Positions 52,137 to 64,000 of a stretch of 64,000 nucleotides of DNA are shown one piece after another. Within the stretch, counting starts at the first letter, position 1; the number at the start of each line of letters is the position of its first letter. The stretch lies in assembly GCF_006345805.1 (NCBI RefSeq), contig NC_043004.1:7068001-7132000 (forward strand), given 5' to 3'. Under the pieces are notes generated by a model that ran no database searches, was not told the DNA's origin, and was given only the letters and a program-made list of their open reading frames with translations. The stretch comes from Octopus sinensis. Taxonomy: Eukaryota. The position numbers and the translations under genes were made by a program.

Positions 52137-53745
52137 AACTATGCCACTCCTGGTCTCGATGGTGTTACATACCTACTTCTCAAACGAGGTGGGTACTTTC
52201 TTCTAAGCCAACTTTCTCTATTCTTCCAATTCTGTCTTGACAATGGTGATACTCCAGAACAGTGGAAAACTGCCAGTGTTATCCCTCTGTTCAAAAAAGG
52301 CGACTGCACATCGCCTGTCAACTATCGCCCCGTTAGTGTTACTAGCTGCATCACCAAACTGATGGAATCCTGTATCAGAGAAACCCTCTGGAACTTCTGT
52401 AAGTCTCACAGCCTCATCCAGCTGTCACAATTTGGATTTATTCCTAACTCCAGCTGCTGTAATCAACTCATCGAGTTTCTTGAGGAAGTTACCCAAATCA
52501 CTGATCGGGGATCCTGGGTGGATGTTGTTTACCTGGACTTTGCTAAGGCTTTTAACTCTGTGCCACACAAAAGACTTATGGTGAAGCTCCCTGCGTTGGG
52601 CGTAAGAGACGAACTCTATAACTGGTTGAAGTCCTTTATTTTCTAGGACAGCACTCTTTGCCCTATGAGATGACATCTGGTGTACCACAGGAATCTGTTC
52701 TTGGCCCCCTTTTATTTGTTGCATATGTTAATGACATAGATGCCAACTTAAAGAATGCCACAGTGCTGAAATATGCAGATGACATCAAGCTGTACCTCGA
52801 AATAAAGAGGTCAGATCTTGTACACTATAAATCTCTGTTGCATGCAGACCTGAACACAATGCAGCAGTGGATCATGGACTGGCAACTCAAGCTGGCTGTG
52901 GACAAATGTACCACCATGCATTTTGGGAGGAGAAACCCAGTGTCCACCTACTCCCTCCACAACTCTAGTCTCAAAAAGTCTTCGTGTGAAAGTGACCTGG
53001 GTGTTATTGTCGACAGTGATTTGCGTTGGACAAAACACATCGCTAAAATTGTCAAGAAGGCTGAGGGTGTCTTGGCATCACTCACCAAATCCTTTGTGAG
53101 CCGCTCTCTGACTATTTATCTGCGGCTTTATATAGCTATGGTAAGACCTCACCTGGAATTTGCATCACCGGTCTGGAACCCCTATCTTGCCCAGGATATC
53201 AATCGTCTGGAAGCCGTTCAGCGATGTGCAACCAAAAGAATACCCTCCATCAGGCATTTGCCATATTCTGAACGCCTTACTTCCCTGGGCATGGACACAT
53301 TGAAACTCCAACGTTTGGCAGCTGACTTGGCAGACACCCATAAAATTATCAACCATCATACAAACAATAACTCTGAGCACCTTTTCAAACTCCACCCATC
53401 TAATACCTGTGGACGTATTTACAAAGTCAGAAAACAGCACAGCTCCCATGACTTTAGGAAACATTTTTTCACGCTGAGAGTTGCTGAAGCATGGAACAAA
53501 CTGCCAGCATCAGTTGTTAGTTGTCGGAGTACTGCATCCTTCAAAACTTCCATGCTTTCTGAGATTTGCCAACACTACACCTGATTTTCTCCCCTCCATA
53601 CACACACAAGCATGTATCTGACTCATGCATTGTTCGCTTTCCAAACATTTGTACATTACTGCATGTGCTTTATATGCACTGTCTGACAAGTTGTGGTGCA
53701 CCTGAGCACTGTATACAATAATTTCATTATATTATATTATATACA
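52137..53745 (+). mobile_element. 5'-truncated CR1-type LINE with RT domain (one stop/frameshift near 52645)
   Basis: PGLDG, NYRPVSVTS, QFGF, YLDFAKAFNSVPH, SGVPQESVLGPLLF and KYADDIKLY motifs. ORF 52658..53584, then 3'UTR and a tattat tail. Confidence 0.92.
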
Positions 53746-53836
53746 TATACATACATATATACATACATATATACATACATACATACATATATATATATAT
53801 ATACATACATACATACATATATACATACATATATAC

Positions 53837-53873
<37 letters not shown>

Positions 53874-56130
53874 CATACAGTCCTATGATGACTTAGCTGG
53901 CCGAAGCTTCGAAGTTACAGTCAATATTATTCTTGTTAAAGAACAATAAATTTGTACTCTTGAAAAGTATCAAGTAACCCATCAGATTAATGTAAAATCG
54001 TCATTGCAACAGAACATAAAAACAAACAAAAACACATACATACATACATATATACATACATATGAATGTATGAATATATATGTATATGCATATAAAAAGC
54101 ATCCAGTATACTCTGTGTACTGGGTGCTTTTAGGAAGGGCATCCTGCCATAGAAACCAAGCCAAAACAGATGATCAAAGCCTGGTGTAACCTTTGGCCCT
54201 GCCCGTTCCTGTCAAATGATGATGATGATGATATATGCCTACTTGTAGCTGTATCTATAACCCATCAACTAACTTATGGAGTGTTCTGTTCATGTTTATC
54301 TCAATGAATATATTTGTGAAGTGAACAGCATAGCTGCTCAACCAATCTCACCAACTCTACACACACACAAGCACACGCACACGCACGCACGCACACACAC
54401 ACACACACACGCATGCATGCACACACACACACACATTAAGTTTATTTGTGGCTTTCATTTCTTAGAGCCTATTCTCAGGATTCATCTGTTCTGTTTGCAT
54501 TATTTGTGCGTATTATTTCCCTGACGTCAAAATCAAAACCTCATATCAGAAGTACCATCTAAAAGGATTAGCACAGCTTGTCACAACTACATTGATTTAT
54601 TGACTAATATACATTGTAAATAAAACCTTTGTGAAATGATATGCTGCTGTTTTGTTAATCGCGGTCTAAACTGATAATTCCATATACTCTTCTTCAAAGA
54701 AAGAAATTTAGGTTGAATGACTGATCATCACAAATTCACTTGATCTTCTAATACTCTGCTTTTACTTTTGAGAGAGACATGAATGTCTTGACACAAAGCT
54801 ATCTCTTGAAATTAAGACGACTGATGATTGGTTGATGAATATAGCTAACAACAAAAGATTAAGTGATTAATTTAATTAAGCTATTTTATTTTCATGTGTA
54901 TTTGATTTTCAGCATCACGGTCATTATTCGAATAAATATATATGAATATAAAATGGTTTAATTAAGTTTGTAATTTAAACCTTGTTATCAAGTATACTCA
55001 TTAACATATGAAGCCTGATGATAGCAAGGGCTTGTTGTGACATCCATGCCTTTCATAAGAGCATAAGCAGAGCAAATGGATTGCTTATTTGAATAGAGGA
55101 TGACAACGATGCTGATGACGATGATGACAATGATGATGATATTTATCCTCATTATCATGACCACCACCACCATTACCATCACCATCACCGCAGCCACCAC
55201 TGCTCCCATTGTCGCCACCATCATTTTACGTCTGTTTCCCATTCTGGCAAGGGTTGGACATTTTGAAGGGTTCTGATGGGTCACTAATTTGTAATAATGC
55301 TGAAGTGAAGTTTTAAAATAAGTGTACCACTGTAAGCCTGAGGATGCACCATTAAATGATGAGGGGATAGTACCATCCAGAGCACCCTCTCAGTGATGGG
55401 CATACATCACTTTTGTGAGGTTTGGCATCTTGAGATTAGTTTTCCTCACTTCTTCCTCTGTCTTTCTAAGTCTTTCTTTTCCACAGGCACCATCCACTAT
55501 TAATGTTTGGAAAGTTTTTGGTGCTGTTGTCACCCCACACACATCATGTACCTGTCCCAACACAGTGTTCTCTCTTGCATATTTCTTTCTTTATTGCCTA
55601 CAGGGGGCTAAACATAGAGGGGGCAAACAAGGACAGACAAAGGGATTAAGTCGATTCCATCAACCCCAGTGTGTAACTGGTACTTGTTTAATTGACCCCG
55701 AAAGGATGAAAGGCAAAGTCAACCTTGGCGGAATTTGAACTCAGAACATAACAGCAGATAAAATACCGCTAGGCAGTTCGCCTGGCATGCTAACAATTCT
55801 GCCAGCTTGCTGCCCTATTACATCTTGCATATTACATACGATTTCTGTCATACATGTCCTTTTTTCCAGATCATTTCTATACTATTATCGATGCACACCA
55901 ATATTACATGCCCAGCAAAGCATGCTCATCATATTTCTTTCAAGCCTTCAAAACTTCTCCACATTTGAGGTAGATGTCTCACTATCATATAACATCTCAC
56001 TTTATACACAATCTACCTTTTTCCTCAAAGAGAGAAGCCCTTTGCTGCCCACAGAGCTAGAAGTTCCTTGAATTTTTTCCAACCTGTTGTTACTCAGGCT
56101 ACTATCTTTTCAGAGAACTCACACTTGCTG

Positions 56131-56201
56131 CTAATGAGGTCACAGTTAATGAGGTCACAGCTAATGAGATCACAGCCAATAAGGTCACAGCTAAGTAGGT
56201 C
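56131..56201. repeat. 15-bp minisatellite (ctaatgaggtcacag, about 5 copies)
   Basis: Direct reading. Confidence 0.85.
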
Positions 56202-57915
56202 ATATAAACCATTCCCTACCAATGTGGCTCCTAATGTTTTGCAGTAAATGTGCCCAGAAATTTGCTTTATCTTTTATGGTTTATTTGTTTCAGTCATTGG
56301 ACTAGGGCCATGCTGGAGTACCAACACAAAGAGTTTTAATTAAACAAATTAAACCAAGTATTTTATGGTCTTTTGAAAGTTTGATACTTATTCTATCAGA
56401 AAAAAACCTTACATTTCAGATTACAATGCTGGGAGGTGTAAAGGTGGAATGTCTTTTTCTCCCTTGATGACAGAGGCTCGGTTTCTTTAATGCTTATTTG
56501 TTTTCGTTACTGGCTGCATATTTTGATGGACTACATCTACCAACATTATGGTGAATAACCGAGCCCCCCCACCAGAAGCAGCTGTTGGACTTATAACACC
56601 TTACCTCTTCCCCTTTAATTTTCTCTGTTGTTTGTACTCTGTGTAAGTTCAATCTATTAATATATAAATGTCTATATATTTATACTTAAATATTCATTGC
56701 CTGAAAATCTTCAGTCTTTGCTTTCTTTCTGTTTGCGCACGTGTGCACGCGTACACACACACACACACACACACACCACACACATGCACTTCCTAATTGG
56801 CGTTAGGAAGGGTATCCAACTGTAGAAACCTTGCCAGATCAGATTGGAGCCTAGTGCAGCTGCTTGCTCTCCTGACCTCAGTCAAACCGTCCAACCCATG
56901 CCAGCATGGAAAACGGATGTTAAACGATGATGATAATGATGATGATTTATACAATTCCTAATGATATTTAATTATAAAAATATAGTAGGTTCTTTTTTTG
57001 TATATATAGACTGTGGATGTCCAGGAGAGTCAAATAGGAATCACAGGGGTCCATAGGCAAAAAATGGTTGAGAACCACTGGTATAAACTCACTCATTAAT
57101 GCATTATAACTATAAGCACAGGATGACCGTATGGCCAAAAAGCTTGCTTCCTAATCATGCGGTCTTGGATTCAGTCCCACTGTGTGGAATGTAGTACCTT
57201 GGTTAAGTCTTCTACTATAGCCTCAGGTTGACTAAAGCCTTGTTAATAGATTTGGCAGATGGAAACTGGAAGAAGCCCATTGGGTGGTGAAGTTCCAGTT
57301 TGGGATTTCTGGTGTTGTGCAGAGTGTGGAATCACCCTTTAATTGTTACTCTATCCAGATACATTCTGACTTGGAATGGTAGTACCTGTCAGGATCCAAC
57401 TATGGGCTAAATAGATTTCCCAGGGGTAGAGGAGGTTCCTTTTACTTTGATAAAACCGTGAGGAAGGCAGCTCCTTCTAGGAGAAAGATAATTTGGCATA
57501 AAACTTGCAGTCAAAATAGTATTGGTCATCTTGCAATGCTTGTCACTGGAACCTACTGAGAGAGTGGTATATAAATAATTAGAAAATGGAGAAAACCACA
57601 GATAGACAAGCACATCAATTAAACCACATTTATAGCTTATTATTTAATACAAAACATGACATAACATTTATGTAACATAGATTTGTTATGTGGTAGGGAC
57701 AGTCTGCTCTGGGTGGCACTTCTAAAGGGGTGAGGTGACACCTTTGCAGATTTTCTATGGCTGTATGCCTTTCCTCTCATGGACTCTTCACATGTTTCCA
57801 AGACTAGGTAAAATTTTCCCATGGCCAGACATGTTTTTCTTAGAACACTGGAACCAAAGAACTTCACTTGTATAGCAGTGCTGCCCATTTACAAACATCA
57901 CGTGATACACACACA

Positions 57916-57975
<60 letters not shown>

Positions 57976-58125
57976 ATGGGCTTTTAGTTTCTGCCCACCA
58001 AATCTACTTACCAGTCTCAGTTTCTGGCCACCAAATCTGCTTACCAAAGTCCACATGTTTGGGAAGCAAGCTTCTTAACTGTACAATCACACTTGCACCT
58101 ATGTGTGAAAATATATTGTATAAAA

Positions 58126-58380
58126 TAGTGTTTCTCAACTGGGGTCCCTATGAACTTTGGAAGTCCATATAAGATTTAACTATTAAAATTTATGTGCAAT
58201 AAATCAGTCATATTTCTACAATATATAAAATATTTTAGCATTTTTTTCATACAGTTCCTAATAATATTTAATTATAAAAATATAATGGGACTTTTTTAAA
58301 CATTGAATGGGCATGAGGATCCTGTAGAGTGAAATAAGAATCACAGGGATGCACAGATAAAAGGTGGTTCAGAAGCACTG
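58126..58380. mobile_element. hAT-type MITE with perfect 8-bp TSD
   Basis: Ends tagtgtttctcaac / ggttcagaagcactg, with GTATAAAA on both sides. Confidence 0.8.
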
Positions 58381-59075
58381 GTATAAAACATCAATAAGGA
58401 TTTTTACTGCATAATCTCAATACCAAGTTTTCTTGGAGTTGTTGAATATTTCTGGTTTTTAAAATGATAAATCCCAACACCACCCTACACACAGCATTTG
58501 TTGAAATGTTTTTCTCACCCCCACACTTTATAAACACAGACACATATAATTCTTCTTTCTTCTCTGTAGCATTGGAGAAGTTTCAACGTTTAAAATCCTA
58601 TGGTTGTGTGGTTAAGAAGCTTGTTTTTCAACCGCATGGTTTTGGGTTCAGTCCCATTGTACAGCATTGTGGGCAAGTGCCTGCTTGTACAGCAGTTTGG
58701 CAAAAAGAGCAATAGAATAATTATGAAAGTTAAAAAATAATTACTGCAACCAATTTGTTTGAGTAAGTCATTCGAGGTGGTGCCCCAGCTGGCCACAGTC
58801 CAATGACTGACACGAGTAAAAGGTAAAAAACAAAAGATAAAGACAATTATTTGTCCACCTCTTTTTCAATCTTCTGCCTCTTCACATCTCAATCTTCACA
58901 CCTTTCCTGTCGGAAACAGTGATATAATTCATTGAACTGATTCTGGTGTATTAAGGTAGATATTGTCAATCTCAGTCAAAAAATGACATCTAGCAGAACT
59001 TGAAGATAAATCGGGGTATGTTTATAGTCTGGAGCTATACTGTTATCACACAATTACTTCTTTTATCAAACAAAA

Positions 59076-59893
59076 TGCATTTTGGGAGGGAAAACCAAGC
59101 GTCTACTTACTCCCTCCACAACCCTATTCTCAAAAAGTCTTCATGTGAACGTGACCTGGGTGTTATTGTCAACAGCGATTTGCTTTGGACATAACAAATC
59201 GCTAAAATTGCCAAGAAGGTGTCTTGGCATCACTCACCAATCCTTTGTGAGCCGCTCTCCGGCTATCTATCTGCGGCTTTATATAGTTATGGTAAGACCT
59301 CACCTGGAATTTGCATCACCGGTCTGGAACCCCTATCTTGCCCAGGATATTAATCATCTGGAAGCCGTTCAGCGACGTGCAACCAAAAGAATACCCTCCA
59401 TCAGGCATTTGCCATATTCTGAACGCCTTACTTCCCTGGGCATGGACACATTGAAACTCCGACGTCTGGCAGCTGACTTGGCAGACACCCATAAAATTAT
59501 TAACCATCTTACAAACAATAACTCTGAGCACCTTTTCAAACTCCACCTGTCTAACACCCGTGGACATATTTACAAAGTCAGGAAACAGCACAGCTCCCAT
59601 GACTTTCGAAAACATTTTTTCACGCTGAGAGTTGCTGAAGCATGGAACAAACTGCCAGCATCAGTTGTTAGTTGTCGGAGCACTGTATCCTTCAAAACTT
59701 CCATGCTTTCTAAGATTCGCCAACAATTCACCTGATTTTCTCCCCTCCATACACACGCAAGCATGTATCTGACTCGTACACTGTTCGCTTTCCAGACATT
59801 TGTACATTACTGCATATACTTTAGACGCACTTTTTGACAAGTTGTGGTGCACCTGAGCACTGTATACAATAATTTCATTATTACTATTATTAT
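59076..59893 (+). mobile_element. Shorter copy of the same CR1-type LINE
   Basis: Closely similar to 52916-53740 (RPHLEFASPVWNPYL...FFTLRVAEAWNKLP). Confidence 0.9.
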
Positions 59894-60095
59894 TTAAAAA
59901 TAGACAAGCAATCAAGATGCAAGGGAAATTACTGTGACCCGAGTTAGCTCCCTTCTCAAGGACAGCCGAAATCAATATTTGACATGGTTTTTGCTTAAGA
60001 TTTCATCATTCCTATTTCATCATTCCTATTTCTGCATTCAAGTTTCGCTTCAGATATATTTCGATCTTGTAAAGGATCAATTACTGGCGGACGTC

Positions 60096-60445
60096 AGAGA
60101 TAGGTCATCCACATAAGTTGGAATTTCTCCGTTTTGACGGGGATGATTTTTCAGCTAAAGTTAAAAAAAAAAAAAAAATTCCAGACACCATGAGGTTGAA
60201 AAATTTCTCTCTCTCTCTTTTAATTAAAAGGTTCTTCTCTTTGCTTTGAAGTGCATAGTATTCACAAAATCGATCAAACTCGGTTTGATAGTGGCGGTGG
60301 TGGAAGCGAAAAAAGTTCATAATTTTCTGAACATTTTTTTACTAAAACGATGCCCCCACCATCATTTCGAAAGGCATTGTGAAAAAGATCTGAAGAATCC
60401 CCGTTAAAACAGAGAAATTCCAACTTGTGTGGGCGACCTATCCCT
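60096..60445. mobile_element. MITE with ~45-bp TIRs (TA-flanked, Tc1/mariner-like)
   Basis: taggtcatccacataagttggaatttctccgttttgacggggat versus the reverse complement of atccccgttaaaacagagaaattccaacttgtgtgggcgaccta. Confidence 0.7.
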
Positions 60446-60730
60446 AACTTCACTCAATTACTAATCAAAGCTGAAGTACTTTTTTGGCTATTAAGAAGGA
60501 AAATCGAATTTCTCTCGTGATGTTGACGTACAAATTTATAAAATTTAAGAAAATATGAGATAATGCTTTTTATTGGTTTTACGATATTTATCGTTTTTCA
60601 TGGTCATCTGATATCTTTCTTATTTCTTTGTTTAATATTTTTCTTCCAATAAACGCATTTAATTGGATAATGGAAACAGGTTTAACATACAAAAAAAAAT
60701 CCAAGTATTATGTTAAAAATTCATAAATAT

Positions 60731-61101
60731 GGTGCAGGAGTGGCTGTGTGGTAAGTACCTTGCTTACCAACCATATAGTTCTGGGTTCAGTCCCACTGCA
60801 TGGCATCTTGGGCAAGTGTCTTCTACTATAGCTTTGGGCTGACCAAAGCCTTGTGAGTGGATTTGATAGAAAGAAACTGAAAGAAGCCCGTCGTATATAT
60901 GTATGTGTGTGTATATGTTTGACAACCAATGCTGGTGTGTTTATGTACTCGTAACTTAGCGGTTCGACAAAAGAGACTGATAGAATAAGTACTAGGCCTA
61001 CAAAGAATAAGTCCTGGGGCCGATTTGCTCGATCAACTAAAGGCGGTGCTCCAGCATGGCCGCAGTCAAATGATTGAAACAGGTAAAAGAGTAAAAGAGT
61101 A
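60731..61101 (+). mobile_element. SINE family A
   Basis: Full-length similarity to the other copies. Confidence 0.8.
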
Positions 61102-61272
61102 AACACCCGTGATCCCCAAAATATAGCAAATCAATTACTTAGTCACACCTTAAATTTCTACTTTCAAGAAAGGTACCTTTGCAAATGGAAATTTTTTTCT
61201 ACATGACCTTCTGCATGACCAAATAATGCCATCTGATAATTTGTTGTCTATCATTTCTCTCATCGGCCAGTC

Positions 61273-61656
61273 GGAGGCGCAATGGCCCAGTGGTTAGGGC
61301 AGCAGACTCACGGTCATAGGATCGCGGTTTCGATTCCCAGACCGGGCGTTGTGAGTGTTTATTGAGCGAAAACACCTAAAGCTCCACGAAGCTCCGGCAG
61401 GGGATGGTAGTGATCCCTGCTGTACTCTTTCACCACAACTTTCTCTCACTCTTTCTTCCTGTTTCTGTTGTACCTGTATTTCAAAGGGCCGGCCTTGTCA
61501 CTCTCTGTGTCACGCTGAATATCCCCGAGAACTACGTTAAGGGTACACGTGTCTGTGGAGTGCTCAGCCACTTACACGTTAATTTCACGAGCAAGCTGTT
61601 CCGATGATTCGGATCAACCGGAACCCTCGTCGTCGTAACCGACGGAGTGCTTCCCC
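61273..61656 (+). mobile_element. tRNA-derived SINE (young, CpG-rich)
   Basis: ggcgcaatggcccagtggttagggcagc...gtttcgattccc head. A decayed minus-strand relative lies at about 47600-47895. Confidence 0.75.
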
Positions 61657-62078
61657 CATCGGCCAATCACATACAAAACAGTTGAGATCACTGGCATAGG
61701 TAGAATGTGTGCCACCCGGGGCAAGGAATTTTTTCCCACAATAGTTCCGGACCCCAGTAATGAACTCATTTGCATACAACTAATCAGAACTCACCTTGAA
61801 AACCCACATACTGTGTACTACAACAGTACAGCCAATCAGACAGAATGGCGTATGCCACTCTGTGAGTACAGCATAACAGGTCTCACGTAAGAACCACAAC
61901 TCCCCCCCTCCATCACCATCCTCATAGATCAATTGAGCACCATCTCTATATGGAGCTAACATTAGGTACCTATGCTCAGACTGAGATTAGTGATACTGCA
62001 TGTACCCATTGATATATGCAAGGAGGACGCCATATTGATTACGATGTTTCCAGATCAACACAAACTTTTAAAATTAGG

Positions 62079-62322
62079 AATAATAATAATAATAATAATA
62101 ATAATAGTAATAATGAAATTATTGTATAGAGTGCTCAGGTGCACCACAACTTGTCAAAAGAGCGTATAAAGCATATGCAGTAATGTACAAATGTCTGGGG
62201 AGTGAACAGTGTATGAGTCAGATACATGCTTGCGTGTGTATGGAGGGGAGAGAATCAGGTGTAGAGTTGGCGAATTTCAGGAAGCATGGAAGTTTTGAAG
62301 GATGCAGTGCTCCGACAACTAA
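62079..62322 (-). mobile_element. 3' end of the CR1-type LINE, inverted
   Basis: Reverse complement of 53515-53740, with an (AAT)n tail. Confidence 0.85.
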
Positions 62323-62564
62323 TTTACAAAATCAGTGAAAAAATTAGGAAAGCACACACATTTACATTTTCTAGTAAATTATGCAAATTGGCAACACGTA
62401 TAGCGTCATCGGTGAGCAGCTCTCCATTCACTTTATACACTAAATTTCACATTTGTCCCCCCTATTAACCAGTTTAGAACAGTCGGGTTTTGCTCTGACG
62501 CACATTTTCCACCGAACTCAACTGGAATATTTTCGTGACAAGGTGGACACTAGTTTGATAGTTA

Positions 62565-62727
62565 AGCTCTGATTGGCTGTATGCAAATGAGTACATAAAT
62601 AGGGTCCTGAACTCTCGTGGGAAAAGACTTCGCGCACATGGCGGCCTTTCCGTTTGCCGCATCGACTCACCCCCCCTCGCCAAAAACCCCCACGTATACG
62701 AAGCATTTACATTATATTATATCGTGG
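62565..62727 (+). promoter_or_regulatory. Putative Pol II core promoter and first exon of a downstream plus-strand gene
   Basis: ATTGG (62572), ATGCAAAT (62581), TATA-like CATAAATA (62594), YY1-like ATGGCGGC (62638), donor TGG|GTAATT (62728). CpG-rich. Confidence 0.4.
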
Positions 62728-63574
62728 GTAATTAAGTGATGGCAGAATATTTTAATGATTTTGAGGTAGTAAGTGAGAGAGGGAGTGAGTGAGTGAAAGA
62801 GAGAGAAAGAGGGAAATAGAAAGTGAGTGAGTGAGTGAGTGAGAGAGAGAGACAGACAGACAGAGAGGAGAAAGAGAGAAAGAAAGGAAACAAGAATGAT
62901 TACTTAATGTTCTGTGTTTTATTTAAAAAATATAATGATCGAGTTATCGCCCCTGAAATAGTCCAAGCCGAAAAGTAAGACATTTGCGCTAAGCTTAATA
63001 ATAAATAGACAGCTCTTTCCCGTGTGTTCAACGACTGCCCAACGCAAGCGGAAAAATCAGTAGAAACCGTATACGGCCTACACGAATCTCATTTACATAA
63101 TCCCAGAAAAGAAACAAGTTAGGTTTAAAACTCCTAATTTTCATTTTCTCGTTGTTGTACGGGAGAATGGGTGAGTGTTTATAAACGTTGTTTAATTGGA
63201 GGCTACAGTAATGGGTTAATGGGTGTGAGTTCAATCTCTGGGTCAATCACGTTATATCTAGATCTATTCCGTGATTTCCCGAGTTAAGACAGTTTTGTTA
63301 AAACTTGTCCTTCCTTTATGCATTTTGTGCTGTTGCAGGTGAGTAACCCAGCAACAGGCTATACTAATCATTCATAGGTCCTAGGACTTCAGATGTAACT
63401 AAATAGCTCTGTACTCAGTTCTGCATTCCACACGCCCTTCTGTCCATTGTGGTCAGCCTAGGGGACATCAAACGACGGCTCAGTATGAAGAATACAAGCC
63501 CCATAATCCTATTAATAAATTTCAGAAAACAAATTAGGTAGTTTAAAATACCAAATATATTTTCTGTATTTTAA

Positions 63575-64000
63575 GGTGCAAGAATGACTGTGTGGTAAGT
63601 AGCATTTTCGAGAATGCAACAATCGGCGGGCTTTGTTTGCTTCTTCCACCAACCATTTCTTTCATGCCCTCATCATTGTGTTTTTGTCCAGCTCGCAGCT
63701 ACTACCTCTATGTACGACTTTTATATAGAGATGGTTCTCACTAACCACATAGTTCTGGGTTCAGCCCCACTGCGTGACAAGTTGGGCAAGTGTTTTCTAC
63801 TATAGCCTTGGACTGACCAAAGCCTTGTGAGGGGATTTTGTAGATGGAAAGTGAAAGAAGCCTGTTGCATATATGTGTATATGTTTGTGTGTCTGTGTTT
63901 GTCCTCCCAACATCGCTTGACAAACAATGCTGGTGTGTTGACATCCCTGTAACTTAGCAGTTCGGCAAAATCAACTGATAGAATAAATACTAGGCTTACA
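63575..64000 (+). mobile_element. SINE family A, with an insert at about 63605-63740, running off the window
   Basis: Similar to the other copies. Confidence 0.7.

Noticed and set aside
56950-58390. Apparent local duplication (both MITE ends followed by gtataaa)
   Set aside because: Better explained by two copies of one hAT MITE family sharing a target-site preference.

Overview
AT-rich, repeat-dense eukaryotic DNA. The SINE and LINE-tail families look like Octopus (coleoid cephalopod) repeats; this is my recognition and has not been checked against a database. One spliced protein-coding gene can be rebuilt on the minus strand from six phase-consistent coding exons (33097 down to about 1777, about 609 aa). 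It encodes an N-terminal transmembrane helix followed by a Lys/Ser/Gln-rich tail with 8- and 10-residue repeats, resembling metadherin (LYRIC) or p180 (RRBP1) in layout. A second gene probably starts on the plus strand near 62.6-63.3 kb and runs out of the window. The rest is mobile DNA: tRNA-derived SINEs, RTE-like LINE 3' ends, CR1-type LINE copies, one full-length and one internally deleted mariner, hAT-, piggyBac- and Tc1-type MITEs, and a Penelope-like relic. The best lead is a near-canonical type I hammerhead ribozyme (39456-39516) inside a structured insert of about 260 bp in a (TA)n tract, a candidate retrozyme. Other leads are three degenerate copies of a second, Penelope-type minimal hammerhead, a perfect 183-bp palindrome next to the gene's 5' end, a six-unit tandem array built from a LINE 3' segment, and a divergent duplicated CCAAT-octamer module. 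All structures were folded and aligned by eye, and most repeat boundaries are approximate.
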